From Azolla caroliniana (taxonomy: Eukaryota > Plantae > Polypodiophyta), in NCBI GenBank assembly GCA_043228905.1, contig JBHGNT010000105.1, positions 22,331 to 86,330 on the forward strand: a stretch of DNA of 64,000 nucleotides, given 5' to 3'. Shown here piece by piece: positions 25,220 through 38,291 of this stretch. The notes beneath the pieces are model-generated. The model worked only from the letters and a program-made list of their open reading frames with translations, ran no database searches and was not told where the DNA came from. How positions within the stretch are numbered: the stretch's first letter is position 1; each line of letters starts with the position of its first letter. Made by a program: the position numbers and the translations under genes.

Positions 25220-26399
25220 AAGAATCAAAATCACATACTCATAATTGTAAACACTCACACATAAACTCATTTTGTTGTTTCTAAATGTTTAGAACATAGT
25301 TTCAAATTGGTTTAATGTAATTTTGTCATGAAACAATGTAAACTTTTTTATTTGGATTTTGACCTCTATACAAAAAAAGCGCACTTAATAGAATGGTGCA
25401 GTTAAGTGGGCACACAGTTAACCGAATGTCTATTGTATTTGCTTTCATGACTTGTAAAATAGCATTGTATTCTAGGAAAATATAACAAGCAAAGGTTGCA
25501 CTATCATGCCAATTGTATGTCACAAGTTTCACACATTTTGCCATGATGTCATAAGGGTTTGAAATTGTATTGTCGATAACCTTCTCAAGGATGTTGTTAT
25601 TTATCTGGCAAATATATATCTCCCCACTCATTATGGCTTTGGAGCACACATGCATAAAAAATTGTTATACTTGTAAATTGTGATTAGAAGTTCCCATGAG
25701 AAACAAAATAAAACAATATGCACTACTTTTGCATTCTCGACTCCTTTTCTTCATTGTCCTCTCCGGTCTCTCCATCGGAACAAAACAAATATTTCTTCAT
25801 ATCGATATAACACCTCTTTCATTTGCTTACAACCCCAACTCATTTTTTACTTGAACATCCCATTATCTTGTTGTGCACGTATTTTTGTGTGATCATATTC
25901 CTTTCTCAGCTTAGATAACATCAACATTTAGTAGATTCACTTTCATAATGATTCAGTCCAACTTTGTCTTTGTTATATCGACGATAATTGTATCTCTAAC
26001 TAATTCTAAACTATATATGTAACTAGCACTGAATGGGAGATAACTTATACGTAGAAGTACGAGGCCATCTACGTAAAGTAAGGACTATCACGCACCATTG
26101 TATGACAAACCTTATCCATTTACATCATGCATAAATTGAATGGATAAACCGTCACTACAAATCTACCAATCATGTTGTAAAAGTTGTTAACTTTGGATAC
26201 TCCCAAGATGGTTGTGTATTCGAGGAGTGAGAATTAATGAAAATTTTTAACCTACTTTAAGTTCTTCTTCAATCGCATTATGGATCAAAAGCACGCGATC
26301 TAGCACATGAGATTTGTATATGGCACATACTAAGGATTTTATTAGTGGAGGAAAAAGAAGACGCGATGTTCATATCAACGTATTGTGAATCTGGAATCA

Positions 26400-26830
26400 T
26401 CAAGTGTAAGATCGTGTGACATTGGACGAGCAAGCTTTCACAAGTAAAGATAGGCCGATGAGTAAACGCGAAGAAGAAGAGCTAATAACATGTGGAAGTG
26501 AGTCCATACACTTAGGGGGAGATTGTAATGAAGGTCTAATTGGTGGAGATTGTAATCTCAAAACCAAATATTGAATACATTTTGTTTGCTTTTCCTCTTG
26601 CACCAAGGTTGCACTTACGTCCCTTCTTGCTACATTTTGCGTATTTTTTATAGTTTGATCTATTGCATTTGACATACTTGCAAGCCAACTATCTTTACCT
26701 AGCATGACCTCTTCTAGATCCTTGTCAATAAGCCCATCGACGGACTTGACCATGTTAAAAAAGAGTCTCTCGAGTGATGAAATTCTTGAATCAAAGAGGT
26801 TTACAAGCCATCGAACTAGACAACATAAAA
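26400..26830 (-). mobile_element. Possible LINE ORF1-like coiled-coil remnant
   Basis: ORF with DSRISSLE...ATLVQEEKQ..LVLRL, reminiscent of retroelement ORF1. No gene context. The resemblance is weak. Confidence 0.25.
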
Positions 26831-27451
26831 GTCCACCATCAACACATTTCGATTTGTAACTATAAAATTTGATGGCCATCCCATCCATCCATAAGGCCAC
26901 AGTAAGGTAACGATGACCACACGGTGCGATTATATAGGTAATATTTTGATAGATCTGGACATGTGGCTCTCGGGAAGGTACCCCTATATGCTAACCTAGT
27001 GGTAAATCTAAGATGACGATGCGTTGTCCTATCGACACAGATATATGGGAGGAAGCGCAGTGGGTCGGGTGGACACGAGGCATGTGTGGTGTTTGCAAAT
27101 GAGATACATAGATGTATGGGCGAAAGGAGGAGTAAATATGAAGCAGTTCCAACGGATGAATTCAATTTTAATTAAGGCTTGCGGATGGATGGAGGAAGAA
27201 GAAGAAGAAAGGGGAAGGCCGGACAGGTGTGAAACGGACGGACCATGGACACACAACAGACCAAAAGCAAGCAAAAATGTCAGAGGGAAGAGGAGGAGGA
27301 GATATGGATAAAAATCATAAATTTGTGTAAACTTGAGCTTTCATGGCATCATCATCATCATCTTCATCTTCTTCTTCTTCTTCATCGCCTTTGGTTTTCT
27401 GTCTTAACTCAGAGAGAGAAAGAGAAAGAGAAAGAGAAAGAGAAAGAGTGA

Positions 27452-27483
<32 letters not shown>

Positions 27484-28132
27484 AGACAGAAGCTAGAAGC
27501 CTAAAACCTAACTAGAGCCCGAAACCCCTCCTCTAAATCTGTCAGAGAGTTATCCTTTTGTAACTTGTTGCATATTCAGAGCGAGGGCCAGAGTGTGTGC
27601 GTGCGTGCAAAAAGCAAACCCTAAAATTTCCTTTTTTGTCCAGATTTCTTCCCCACTTTTTTGGTCTGCAAAAGGTTAGTACTAAAATCTGACCCAAAAC
27701 ACTAAAATCTATCACCGGTTCATACTCTTCTGTTGCATCAGATACAGAGAGAGGGGCAGAGGGAATTTTTTTTGCGTTGTTTTGGCTAATTTTTATTCCA
27801 TATCCGGATCACTTGGATAGGCACTAACCTGATCCAAATCCCTAAAGCCCTAAATCTATCAGAGAGGTAAAACTTCCTTCGCTTGCATCATAGATAGAGA
27901 GTCCATAGTTTATTTTCTTTTGTTTCGCTTATTCAAATATTTCATCCCCCACTCTTTTTTTTTATTTTAAAATCTTGTGGGTCTGCAAGATTAGGCATTA
28001 ATCTGATCCAAAATCCAAATCTCTGAAATTTTTCCCATCAGAAGGTTATAGATTTCTTCTCCCACTGTGTTTTCGTTTGTGTTTGTGCTTTTATTTGGGT
28101 CTGCAAGGATAGGTACTAATCTAGATAAGAAG

Positions 28133-28240
28133 ATGAGCCTTCGGGCTGAGCATCATCAACAACAACCATCGCCATCAACATTATCAACATCATCAACATC
28201 CGCCTCCTCTTCACCATCATCATCATCATCGTCGTCGTCG

Positions 28241-28272
<32 letters not shown>

Positions 28273-29413
28273 TTCAGGCTCTGAGATTCGTCTCCCTGCC
28301 GATATTGACTGGACAATGCTCGACAAATCACGTTTTTTTGTGCTAGGTGCTGCCCTCTTCTCGGGTGTCTCGGCTACTCTCTATCCAGTAGTTGTTCTCA
28401 AGACACGCCAACAAGTCTATTCAGGTACCCACACCACCTCTAGCCTCAAATTAGGGTTTAACATACTCCGCAATGAAGGTGTTTGTGCTCTATACAAAGG
28501 GTTTGGTACATCGTTACTGGGAACTATACCCGCTCGAGCTCTATATATGACCACACTTGAGATCACAAAAAGCAATGTTGGGTTTGCCGCTCGGCATCTA
28601 CTTGGGCTTCCAGAATCAACTGCAGCAGCAGCAGCGAATGCTGCCGCTGGGTTAAGCGCCTCAATGGCCGCTCAATTGGTGTGGACGCCTGTTGATGTCA
28701 TTAGCCAACGCCTTATGGTTCAGACAAATGTAAAAAACCCCAGTCCTAACCCCAATCCTAATCACAATCCTAGCACCAAACCTAATGCTAATCTTATACA
28801 AAATTCTAGCACTAGCACTAGCACTAACCCTAACCATTCCCCTAATACAAACCTTAACTCTACTCCTAAGCATGGAGTTAATAGCACTAACTACCGAGGT
28901 GGGTTTGATGCATTTCGAACCATCGTTCGAGTTGAAGGCATCCGAGGTTTGTACCGTGGCTTTGGGATGTCTATCTTGACCTATGCCCCTTCAAGTGCCT
29001 TATGGTGGGCATCTTATTGTGTGACTCAAAGAACAATATGGAGGAGCTTAGGGTTAGGAATTGGGAGAGAATCTTCTAATAATGATGCTAATGTTAAAGA
29101 GCAATATGTGCCGAGTTCGAGTCTTGTTGTTGCTGTCCAAGGACTGAGTGCTGCTTGTGCAGGCGGCGTGGCAGCCATTGTGACCACGCCTTTGGATACT
29201 ATCAAGACGAGGTTTCAAGTCATGGAAAGTGATGAGAACAAAAAGCCACCCACTGTGAGAGATACTCTCCGAAATCTTCTTAAAGAAGGAGGGTGGAAAG
29301 CTTGTTATAAAGGGCTCGGACCCCGATGGGCGACCATGTCAATGTCCGCAACCACCATGATTACCACCTATGAGTTTCTAAAGCGAATGTCTGCCAAGCA
29401 AGAGAGAACCTAA
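28133..29413 (+). CDS. Mitochondrial substrate carrier, SLC25A44-like
   Basis: Intronless ORF with EIRLPADIDWTMLDKSRFF and three carrier signatures (YPVVVLKTRQQ, TPVDVISQRLMVQ, TPLDTIKTRFQ), plus GIRGLYRGFG and TMITTYEFLKR. The ATG at 28133 is preferred over the GTG at 28067. Confidence 0.96.
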
Positions 29414-32400
29414 TGAAACAAAAAAAGAACACAAGAAAAAGAAAAGACTCCCCTTTTTTCTCATATATATATCTATATGTATAGTTGGAGCACATGATGC
29501 AGATTTTTTTGTTGTGGATTTTTTTTTGTGATCCAACAAGGAATGCAAGCATATATTTATATATATAGATGTATGTATATGCTTTTTATGTACATTGGTT
29601 TTGCCATGGCTTCTTTTCTTATGGGCATGCGCTGGCCACCTGAGAAAAAGAATGTGAATATATACGAAGGAAGGCACATGTGCTCCATGCAAAAAAGAAA
29701 TTGTGTTTTGATTTGCCATTCATTTTCGTAGGAGAGAATTGGATGGAACACTTGTAGAGTACATCACATCTCCTTTCAGCTTACTTTGTATACAACTTTT
29801 TTGTGATCTATACATACCCAAAGTACATTCCATTAGGAAACAAGGTATGATGAGTTTCTTCTTTTGTATCTCAAAACTTTCCAGATAAAATGTGATATAT
29901 TGTTAATGCTGCCATAAGTGTGCTATATCATGATTTCTGCCATAAATTCCTGACTTTTTATCGAGCTTTGTGGCTCTAACTTTCTGGATATGATATATTT
30001 CACTATCATGTTGCATCATGCATTGATATTGTATCTTTTAGTATCACAGGATGGTGGCGTTGCACAGTGGAATAGATTGAGATTTAATAAAGGATAAACT
30101 CCCATCCTATTGTTTCATATTGATTTTAGCTACTATTTTGCATGAGCATATTTGGCTGTTAATTCCTCACAAAATGAAAGACAGATTGCTTCAAAGCTCA
30201 CTATAGTGCTGGATGGAGACAGAATCCAAGGACACAATTACGAGCTATGAAGATAGGAGCGCTTTCACACTGTTATATTAATCCTGTCCATTTGTCTCAT
30301 CGAGCTAAATTGTCTTAATAGTGGGTTCTGGTAACTAGTTATATTGGTCTACATTAACACGTTAGGCTGCAGTTGTTTCATAATCTTGTTGAATGTCACT
30401 GCGTTGTTGGATTATGATGTGTAATTGAGAGGCGAAGGAATATGGAGGTGAGGGTTTGCTTTATGTTTTGTGGTTTCATTGTGTTTTCAAGTGAGATCGT
30501 GTTCAAATTGCAGATTGCTACTTTTGTTTTGTTGCGTTTCCATAAGTCTCTTCTGATGCATTGCCAAGACGCTGTCTCATTTCAAGTCTTTCAACTTGTC
30601 CAAGTTAACCGATTTCGTGCATTTGTATGTGATATCAGTGTAAAATATTAGCCTATGTGTGTTTTGGTTTGTTGGATTACAGTGTTTCTGATCTGTAATT
30701 TATGGGAAGCACAAGAGTGATGTGAATTTCATAGTTGTGAGGAGTTAATACACTTTTAATCAGTTCCCCAGTCCACTTTTGAAACGAAAATAGAGCAGGG
30801 TGTTTGGAAATATGAAAACTGCCTTGTGATTCAGGGAGGAGATATTTGTAGTTGGGTTATGAGCTCAGATCAATGCTGTCTTGATTCTGACATGAATGTT
30901 ATGTATGTTTATCTGTACTCAGAAAGCATCCTATCGACATGTTTATAGACTCTTGCTTGGCTGTGAATAAAGGTATGTCCTTTGTATAATTTGTTAATGT
31001 AAAAATTGTTTCTTGCTTCATGGACACCATTGACGCAACTTTTTTTGGGTCTCATTGCTTTCCTATATAAATTTCTGAAACTGTAAAACTTTTCATTTTC
31101 TATGATTCCTTTCAATGAAGATATGCCTCGGCTAAGATGTAATCTTTTTGAAAATGTGCTATAAAAATGGTAACAAATGATACTACATGCTATATGGAGG
31201 ATATGGCTAGCCTCATGAAAAATTTAAATTTCACAAACAGCTAAGTAAATAGAGAATCTATACCTTTGTTGACATCATGCTACCCAATTTCCCAAAGGAG
31301 TTGCAAGAAGAAAGCTATAAAAGACCAACTTGACCTTAGGAAAATGCCTTTGTAGGTAAATCGTCAATACAAAGGTTTATTGTGACACCTTCGAAACTCG
31401 TTAATTCGTAAGGTAGGAAAGGATAAGTTAGATCATCATTTTTTCATTGCACCAATCACAAGTAGAACCATCAACATAAAGTTCCAGTATATTGAGACAT
31501 CCTTTACATCAATCTTGACGCAACGTACTCCTTTTAGACATAATACTTGAAGATCTAATCTCCCATCACAAGTCTCTTAAAAAGACAACTCCTTCGAGTG
31601 CTATTTAAGAAAGCCTATGATTCTACTCTTTTATCATATGATGAGTACTCGATTTTGAATATCCATCATGAATCAACAACATGTTATCCTTTGGCCTATC
31701 AACAAGGTCTCAAGTGTAAGATATTTGATATAATGATCATACTTACAAGTGTGACATAGGATCATCACATACATCTGCATTCATTATTTCGTGTCACTCC
31801 ATTTTTTGGCCTTTGATATTCATTGTAACAAATGTGGAGACATACTACAATAGTGACATAGAAGATATGATGGCGTGATCCTAAACCACATAAATGTATT
31901 GCATAAGTAACTTCTTTTTTAGATCCTTGAAAGAGTAAGGTACACATTTTCCCAACACGAATCATTCATCACTCCGCAAACCAAAAGGTACTTAACCACA
32001 TTGGGATTAATTAGTTTTATTTACATTGTGAAATAAGCAAATCTAATATATGCAGGGACATCTGTCATTGTCCTATAGCCCTTGAAACATGTATATGACT
32101 TCCTAGACAAGTGAACCATACCATTGGCCAACATTGTACTCCAAAATTTTCAAAACATAATAGTTGGGGTCTTAAAAGCTACTCAATGACATAATATTCT
32201 TCTCAATAAGGTATGGTTAAGAAGAAGAGTACATGAAATAAAGTAGACACATTTGAAACAATGCTTCCCATTATACGTTTCAATAAACATCAAACATGTT
32301 CTAACCTTCACGCAGTTTGTGCGTTGCAATTTTGTCCCGTTCCATAAATAGTGGTAATGTTAATCACGAAAGTAACCTAAAGTATGCTTTGGAGTTTAGA

Positions 32401-32734
32401 GTCTTGTTTAAATGAGATAAAACGACAAATATGTAAAAGAAGAAAAGACATCATGGATAACATCTACATGGGAATAAAAGTTAATAGAAGTATCCCTTCC
32501 ATGGATAAATCAAGTGGGAATAAGTTGCAAGAAATTTAGGAGGTGCACTTATTTGCTCACAAGGCTTTAGGATTCATCCTCGCGCATTGCTTCTTTCGTT
32601 GCGTAGTCATGAAAATTTACCGGTTTTTGGAGGGTCGATTGTGAAAGTACCCCCTCTTTATTTTCATAATGTTTTACAATACCCTTAAATTTCAGAAATG
32701 GTTGTGGATGGAGAATCTTTATCCGATAGTCAAT

Positions 32735-33153
32735 GTGCGTCAGAAGTGGTGTCGATGCTGGCTTCGCGTCCTCCATATTGAAGCGCTTCACCACCTTTTC
32801 GGATGTAATCGGATTGGGAGAGCCAGAAGATCTTCTTTGTCCGATTTCGCTCTATCTGCATGCCTAAAGGCTAGAATGTTTCGGGCTACTCCAAGTTCTT
32901 TCATTGAAGACTCCACTTTAGCTTTCTGATTTCGGCGATAAGGATTATAGGATCATGTAGATTCGGAACTTGTAAACTATTTGCCGGGTGTACATACATC
33001 GGCCGGAGTTCGAGCAGTTGTAGCCGAGTTGCCAGATGTAGGTATTGAATTTCTAATACCACATTCTCGGCGCTTGCTTGAAACCATATAGGCTCTTCTT
33101 CAGCTTGCAGAAGAGGTGACCTTGCTCCCCCGTTGTCGTGAAGCCTGCTAGTT
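32735..33153 (-). mobile_element. Ty1/copia reverse transcriptase remnant
   Basis: QLAGF..HLFCKLKKSLYGFKQAPRMWY* and GMQIERNR..WLSQSDYI..VVKRFNMEDAKPASTPL are diagnostic copia RT motifs. Stops and frameshifts are present. Confidence 0.88.
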
Positions 33154-33278
33154 GAGACACAAAAAACCTAAAAACACCAACAAGGAAAAAACTTTTGGCA
33201 CCACTTTTAGCATTGTTCTAGCACATGCCACCAATTTGAAATTTGGGAGATTGCAAACAAACTTGTCGTGGGTGTCCA

Positions 33279-33467
33279 ACAAATGTGTGATGTAGAAGCT
33301 TCTTTGACTTTCTTCACAAGGAAATATACATTGGAAGTTAGAAAACTAGTTGATTATGAGTTCCCTCTAACACCCACAAATGTGTGATGTAGAAGCTTCT
33401 TTGACTTTCTTCACAAGGAAATATACATTGGAAGTTAGAAAACTAGTTGATTATGAGTTCCCTCTAA
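33279..33467. repeat. Perfect 92-bp direct duplication with a 5-bp spacer
   Basis: 33279-33370 is identical to 33376-33467; the spacer is caccc. Confidence 0.92.
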
Positions 33468-35382
33468 GTCGAAGTCCATTGTACTTATCAATACAAGAGA
33501 TTAGAATCTAGATAGAACTAGCTTCCCTCTAACATCACTCAGTATGAGGATCATTCAAGTTCCAATAAGATTGATTACTTTCATGTCATTGATTGTGCAC
33601 CACTCCCATTTTTCTTGCCTTTTTAAAACCTAATTTGGATTGAATTGGGGATTCGTAGTTTTAAAGTCACACTTGGTTAATTGGCTATGTTAAGCGAATG
33701 TGCACTAAGATACTCACACACTTACATGCATGAGGTCATATGTTGTCTTTCACATGATGGTGTACTGGTAAATCTTGCAATTCAAGTTGTGGTTCAAGTC
33801 CTATTGGATGCATCATGGGCAAAGAATTTTGTATTCATTCCTTCTTGTTAAAAATTGCTAAGAGGATTTTTTTGGGTAAAATAACTAATATGACCTAACT
33901 AAAATTTGATTAGCTTGACTAGCGAATTCTGTTGTTATTTGCATTCATGTTTGTGTGTTTCTTCAAGGAAAAGGCCGACATAATATTTTCATGCTAAATT
34001 ATAATGTTTATCCGTTGCACATTCATGTTTTGAAATATGACAATGTTGGCCCCATTGATATCTGTGGCCCCATAATTGTGAGCTCATGATCCCCTACATC
34101 TTAAGAAAAATATAAATATGTCTAGAACATTTTCATTTCCTTGAAATATGATGTAATATAGTCAAGGCACAAACCAAGAGATATGCAAGTCAAATACATT
34201 GTCGTAAGACTTATTACTGCATTTTAGTACGTGTTGACATGACTACACATGGAAACTACGTAGGCTTATTTGACCATGGACACATGACTATAATATCGTT
34301 AGTGGACATGCTCATGAATTTAGTGTTCAATGAATTAATGCAAGATGTATGCTGAAAGGACAGCCTACCCTAAAATGTAGGTTTAATGTTATTTTGTTCT
34401 TGAGGTTAGTGATGAGAAGGAACACCTAAAGTTATTACATTTGATCTTTAGCATGCACATGGTTAAGTTCAATGAGGGTGTGTGGGTGTATCATGACACA
34501 ATCATCTTGTCGCACGCAAGAGTTGAGGGTGAGTGAGAAGGGTAAAACTAGTGACATTGACGAAGGCCATGTGGTATGCCCGATCGATTCTCAGGTGTCT
34601 TCGAGATCTTATGGTCCACCTGACCAGGTGAAGCGACAACAAACACTTTTTGGTGGTTCACGTAAGACCAACATGGTATATGCCCATTTCTGATTTGTTT
34701 TGTGTGCGTGTGAAGTTGGAGTGGGGGGGGGGGGTGCGTGACATGGTGTAATTAATACTATTAATATTAATCTCTTTAAATACGGTATTAAAGGCTAGAG
34801 GAAATTGACTTAAATGGACCCCCCATATATTATTCCTAGTCCCCCGTGGACATACATAATTGGGAATTGAAATCTAAGAGGAACTTTCAAACCTTTGACA
34901 GTGGACAGTGGACACATGGAAAAGAGCACACGAGCTTATCTAAGTATGTACATATGTATGTATTTATATATATATGTTAATAATAATAACTTATAGGGCG
35001 TGTTTAAACTCTAGACGTCAATTTCTTATTTGGTTAAATATGGGCTTGTCCGGACAAACAAAGAATGTCTGTCCGTCTTCATTCATATTATTATGTATCC
35101 TCGTGAATGTGGCACAAATGTGGCACACGGTCCCATCCATCCATCACTGACTTACATACATACATACACATACATACATACATAACCTGTCTGTCTTCAT
35201 TCAATACACATCATCAACTATCCTCTTTTCCTTCTCTGCCTTCTTTTTCTTCTTCTTCTTCTTCTTCTTCTTCCATTCGTGCACTGCTTACTACTGCTAG
35301 CAACATCATCAATCAATTTCAATCAATCAATCAAATACATATATTGGACAGGAAACGGAAGACCCATTTAATGATGTACATT

Positions 35383-35436
<54 letters not shown>

Positions 35437-35705
35437 CCTCTCAAAATATGGGCCTGCCCAATGCAATGGGATCTCTTCAAAATTTTAAATACATACATAC
35501 ATGCATGCATATATGTATATACATCTATGTAATGAGAGAGACAGAGAGAGAACAGAGAGGCCCTTATAAATTCTAATGCGACCATGCATTCTTCCCTAGT
35601 AACGTTCCTGTAGGCTATATATATATATATATATAGCTATTTCATCAATTAAGCAGTATATGGTTAACACCTCTCTCTCTCTCTCTCTGTGCAGTGCCTA
35701 GACAT

Positions 35706-35718
35706 ATATCTATATCTA

Positions 35719-35765
<47 letters not shown>

Positions 35766-35776
35766 ATCTATATATA
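35706..35776. repeat. (TATC)n microsatellite in the bHLH 5' leader, part of a CT/CA/TA SSR cluster from ~35380
   Basis: Directly visible simple repeats. Confidence 0.9.
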
Positions 35777-35808
35777 GCTGTGTCCATATCAAGGAGAAGT
35801 TCCCATAT

Positions 35809-37305
35809 ATGGAGGTCCAGAGTATTGTGGGAGTAATCAGCAATAGCAATGTTTATTATAATCATCACCATCATCATCATCATCATCATCATAATAATAA
35901 TGAGAACGGAGGTGGTGTTGGGTCCGAATCGTGTACTAATGCTCCATTGCTATTGCCTGATGATCCTCATCATGTTGGCGCAATAATTAGCAACATTGGT
36001 GGTGACCACTTCCACCAAGACCTTAATCATCGTGCAGTTAACACCCATTCCTCTACTGCATTGGTTAATTATCCCCAGGTTAATAATAATACTCATAATT
36101 ACTCCCACTCCGGTGATGAGCTACTCGCTCCACCATCACTACTATTACCATCGGCATCATCGTCTGGCCCAATCAAGCATCTTACTTATCCCTCCTCTGC
36201 ATTCACATCGCCCCCAAATTCTGCCCATACTAATTACCTCTCAATAATATTAGACTCTACTTATAATGTCAAGGAGTATGATAAAGATCCCTGCAATATG
36301 ATGGGCAGCAGCACATCATCATCGCCATCTCATGAATCTACTACAGCGCTACTAAATACAGCCACGCACCTTCTTGCTGTTGAGGAGGACCAGGACCCAG
36401 TCGATATAAGCAATCTCTCCTCTTCTTCTACATACGATATGATTAATTCAAGTAATCACATTACAAGCCCTAATCATGAGGCTACCTATCTCCTGACCCA
36501 TCATCCCTCAATCCTCCCTGTTATTAACGCAAGCAATCCGTGCGAACTCGCCGGCCTGGCGGATGCCAAGTGGCAGCATCTGGTCCCGCCACGATGCCGC
36601 GGTCGGGATAGCGGTGCCAGCTGGCACGATACGGATCGCGACTCGGGGGACATATCCTCCGTGGTACGGCCTACCAGCTGGTGCGCTGGGCGTGAAGCTA
36701 GCGCTGCCACCTGTCCAGCTACGGCGATGGCCGGGCCTGGGAGCTGTCATATCGGAGACCCTATGGATTATTGGGATGGGCGGAATATGAGTGATGGGTA
36801 CGGATATACTTCTGTCGAGCAGATTGGAAATATCAGTAATCCGAGTAATAATGGTGATGGCGATGATGGTAACCGCATGAGCAATGACATGGTGTCGATG
36901 AGGTTCACCAGGAATATTCCAGGCCAGAAGGGATATTCTGTGCTTCCCCAGGGAATGACAGCCAGGAGGCGGCGGCACCGAATCAGCAGGAAGTTGAAGA
37001 TTCTGAGGAATCTGGTGGTGCCGTACTGTGGCGGCGCCGGCGGGAGGAGGAATATGGACACGGCGTCCATGCTGGATGCGGCCATCCACCGGATCAAATA
37101 TTTAAGGGCCCAGATTCATATGATGCACCTGCAACTTGCTCGCGAAGAATCTGCTTCTGCCGCGACCGCCCATATCAATAGTAATTACATGGTGATCAAC
37201 AATAGTTATAGAATTGACATTCCATTGGATCATCCTCAGTTTCAGCTTCATCTTCATCAATATTATGATAGCCATCGTTACATTGTTGACCCACCTGATC
37301 CCTAA
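35809..37305 (+). CDS. bHLH transcription factor, subfamily VIIIb (HECATE/LAX1/ROX-like)
   Basis: Intronless ORF with PQGMTARRRRHRISRKLKILRNLV..MDTASMLDAAIHRIKYLRAQI. It has a Q-A-R basic region and the RRHRIS motif of the LAX1/ROX group. ATG at 35809. Confidence 0.9.
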   Translation: MEVQSIVGVISNSNVYYNHHHHHHHHHHNNNENGGGVGSESCTNAPLLLPDDPHHVGAIISNIGGDHFHQDLNHRAVNTHSSTALVNYPQVNNNTHNYSHSGDELLAPPSLLLPSASSSGPIKHLTYPSSAFTSPPNSAHTNYLSIILDSTYNVKEYDKDPCNMMGSSTSSSPSHESTTALLNTATHLLAVEEDQDPVDISNLSSSSTYDMINSSNHITSPNHEATYLLTHHPSILPVINASNPCELAGLADAKWQHLVPPRCRGRDSGASWHDTDRDSGDISSVVRPTSWCAGREASAATCPATAMAGPGSCHIGDPMDYWDGRNMSDGYGYTSVEQIGNISNPSNNGDGDDGNRMSNDMVSMRFTRNIPGQKGYSVLPQGMTARRRRHRISRKLKILRNLVVPYCGGAGGRRNMDTASMLDAAIHRIKYLRAQIHMMHLQLAREESASAATAHINSNYMVINNSYRIDIPLDHPQFQLHLHQYYDSHRYIVDPPDP

Positions 37306-38291
37306 TTACGCCACTTATGATGTAGTGATTACCCTAATTAGATGGACTTTTAAGAGCTTTTCATAACCTTGAGTTTATAATCGAAGAGGATGTATGATAT
37401 GTGCGCTATAATTAAGATCTTCCTATTTAAATGGCGAGATGGATTCAGCCCGTTTTGAAATTTGGGCATGGATATATTATTCCACCGCCAACAGAAAACG
37501 AATGCAATGTGGGCGAATACTTGGTAAAATGCTGAAGTTCAGCTAATTCCTCCCATGGAGGTGTTTACACGAAAAGATAGCCTCCCTCACTCTCTGTGAT
37601 TGCTTGAAATGATATGGACACAATTATATTGGAGCTCCACAGAATGATCACGAAGTAGCAATATTCCTCAATCCATTAGAATCATACATTAATGCTCAAT
37701 ATGAATCGCATTCTACAGGTACATCCGGCCATGCTCATATCATATAGTTCATGTCTTATATGAATTTGTTTGTTTACCTCATCATGTGAACTCTAAGTTA
37801 TAAATTTACAAAGATATTTGAAATATGAATGAAGGATATGTGTCCGGTTTGTAAGTCTTCATTCATAACGAAAGGATTTGCAGGGCATAGTGGAGTGGAT
37901 ATAATTCGTTAATGGTGCTATCCTACATTGATCCAAAATTTGTACTCTGAAAGCTTGGCCTAAGTAAGCATCGTGCAAGGTTTTGAGAAGAGTTCTACTG
38001 GATGTATGATATTTTAGTAAGACAATGTGCGATAGATAAGTTGTGCATTCAACTAAAGAGAGAGGCATTAATTTAGCCTGACAAGGCATTAATTTAGATG
38101 ATAAGAGGTTAAAAACTTTTGGCCATGGCCATTGGAAATGGTAGGTAGGAGGATGGATATGCCACATTTGGGATGGAATCAAAGTGCCAAGAGTTTTTTT
38201 TCTTTTTAAATGTACCTCCAAATGAATAATGGTTATGAGTGAGATTAAGAAGAGGAGGTACACATTCATTAGATCATGCATTGTCAGCCGG

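Noticed and set aside
28067-28132. N-terminal extension of the carrier ORF from a GTG start
   Set aside because: Non-AUG start inside a repeated leader motif; the ATG at 28133 is more plausible.
35689-35808. N-terminal extension of the bHLH ORF (YLSIYLSI...)
   Set aside because: Translation of a (TATC)n microsatellite from a GTG; treated as 5' UTR.
36501-37097. Long antisense ORFs over the bHLH exon (similar ones occur over HD-Zip IV and GDSL exons)
   Set aside because: Expected shadow ORFs of GC-rich coding sequence.
38207-38214. L1-box-like TAAATGTA near the HD-Zip IV 3' end (also TAAATGCA at ~39435)
   Set aside because: An 8-mer that is common by chance in AT-rich DNA and not in a promoter position.
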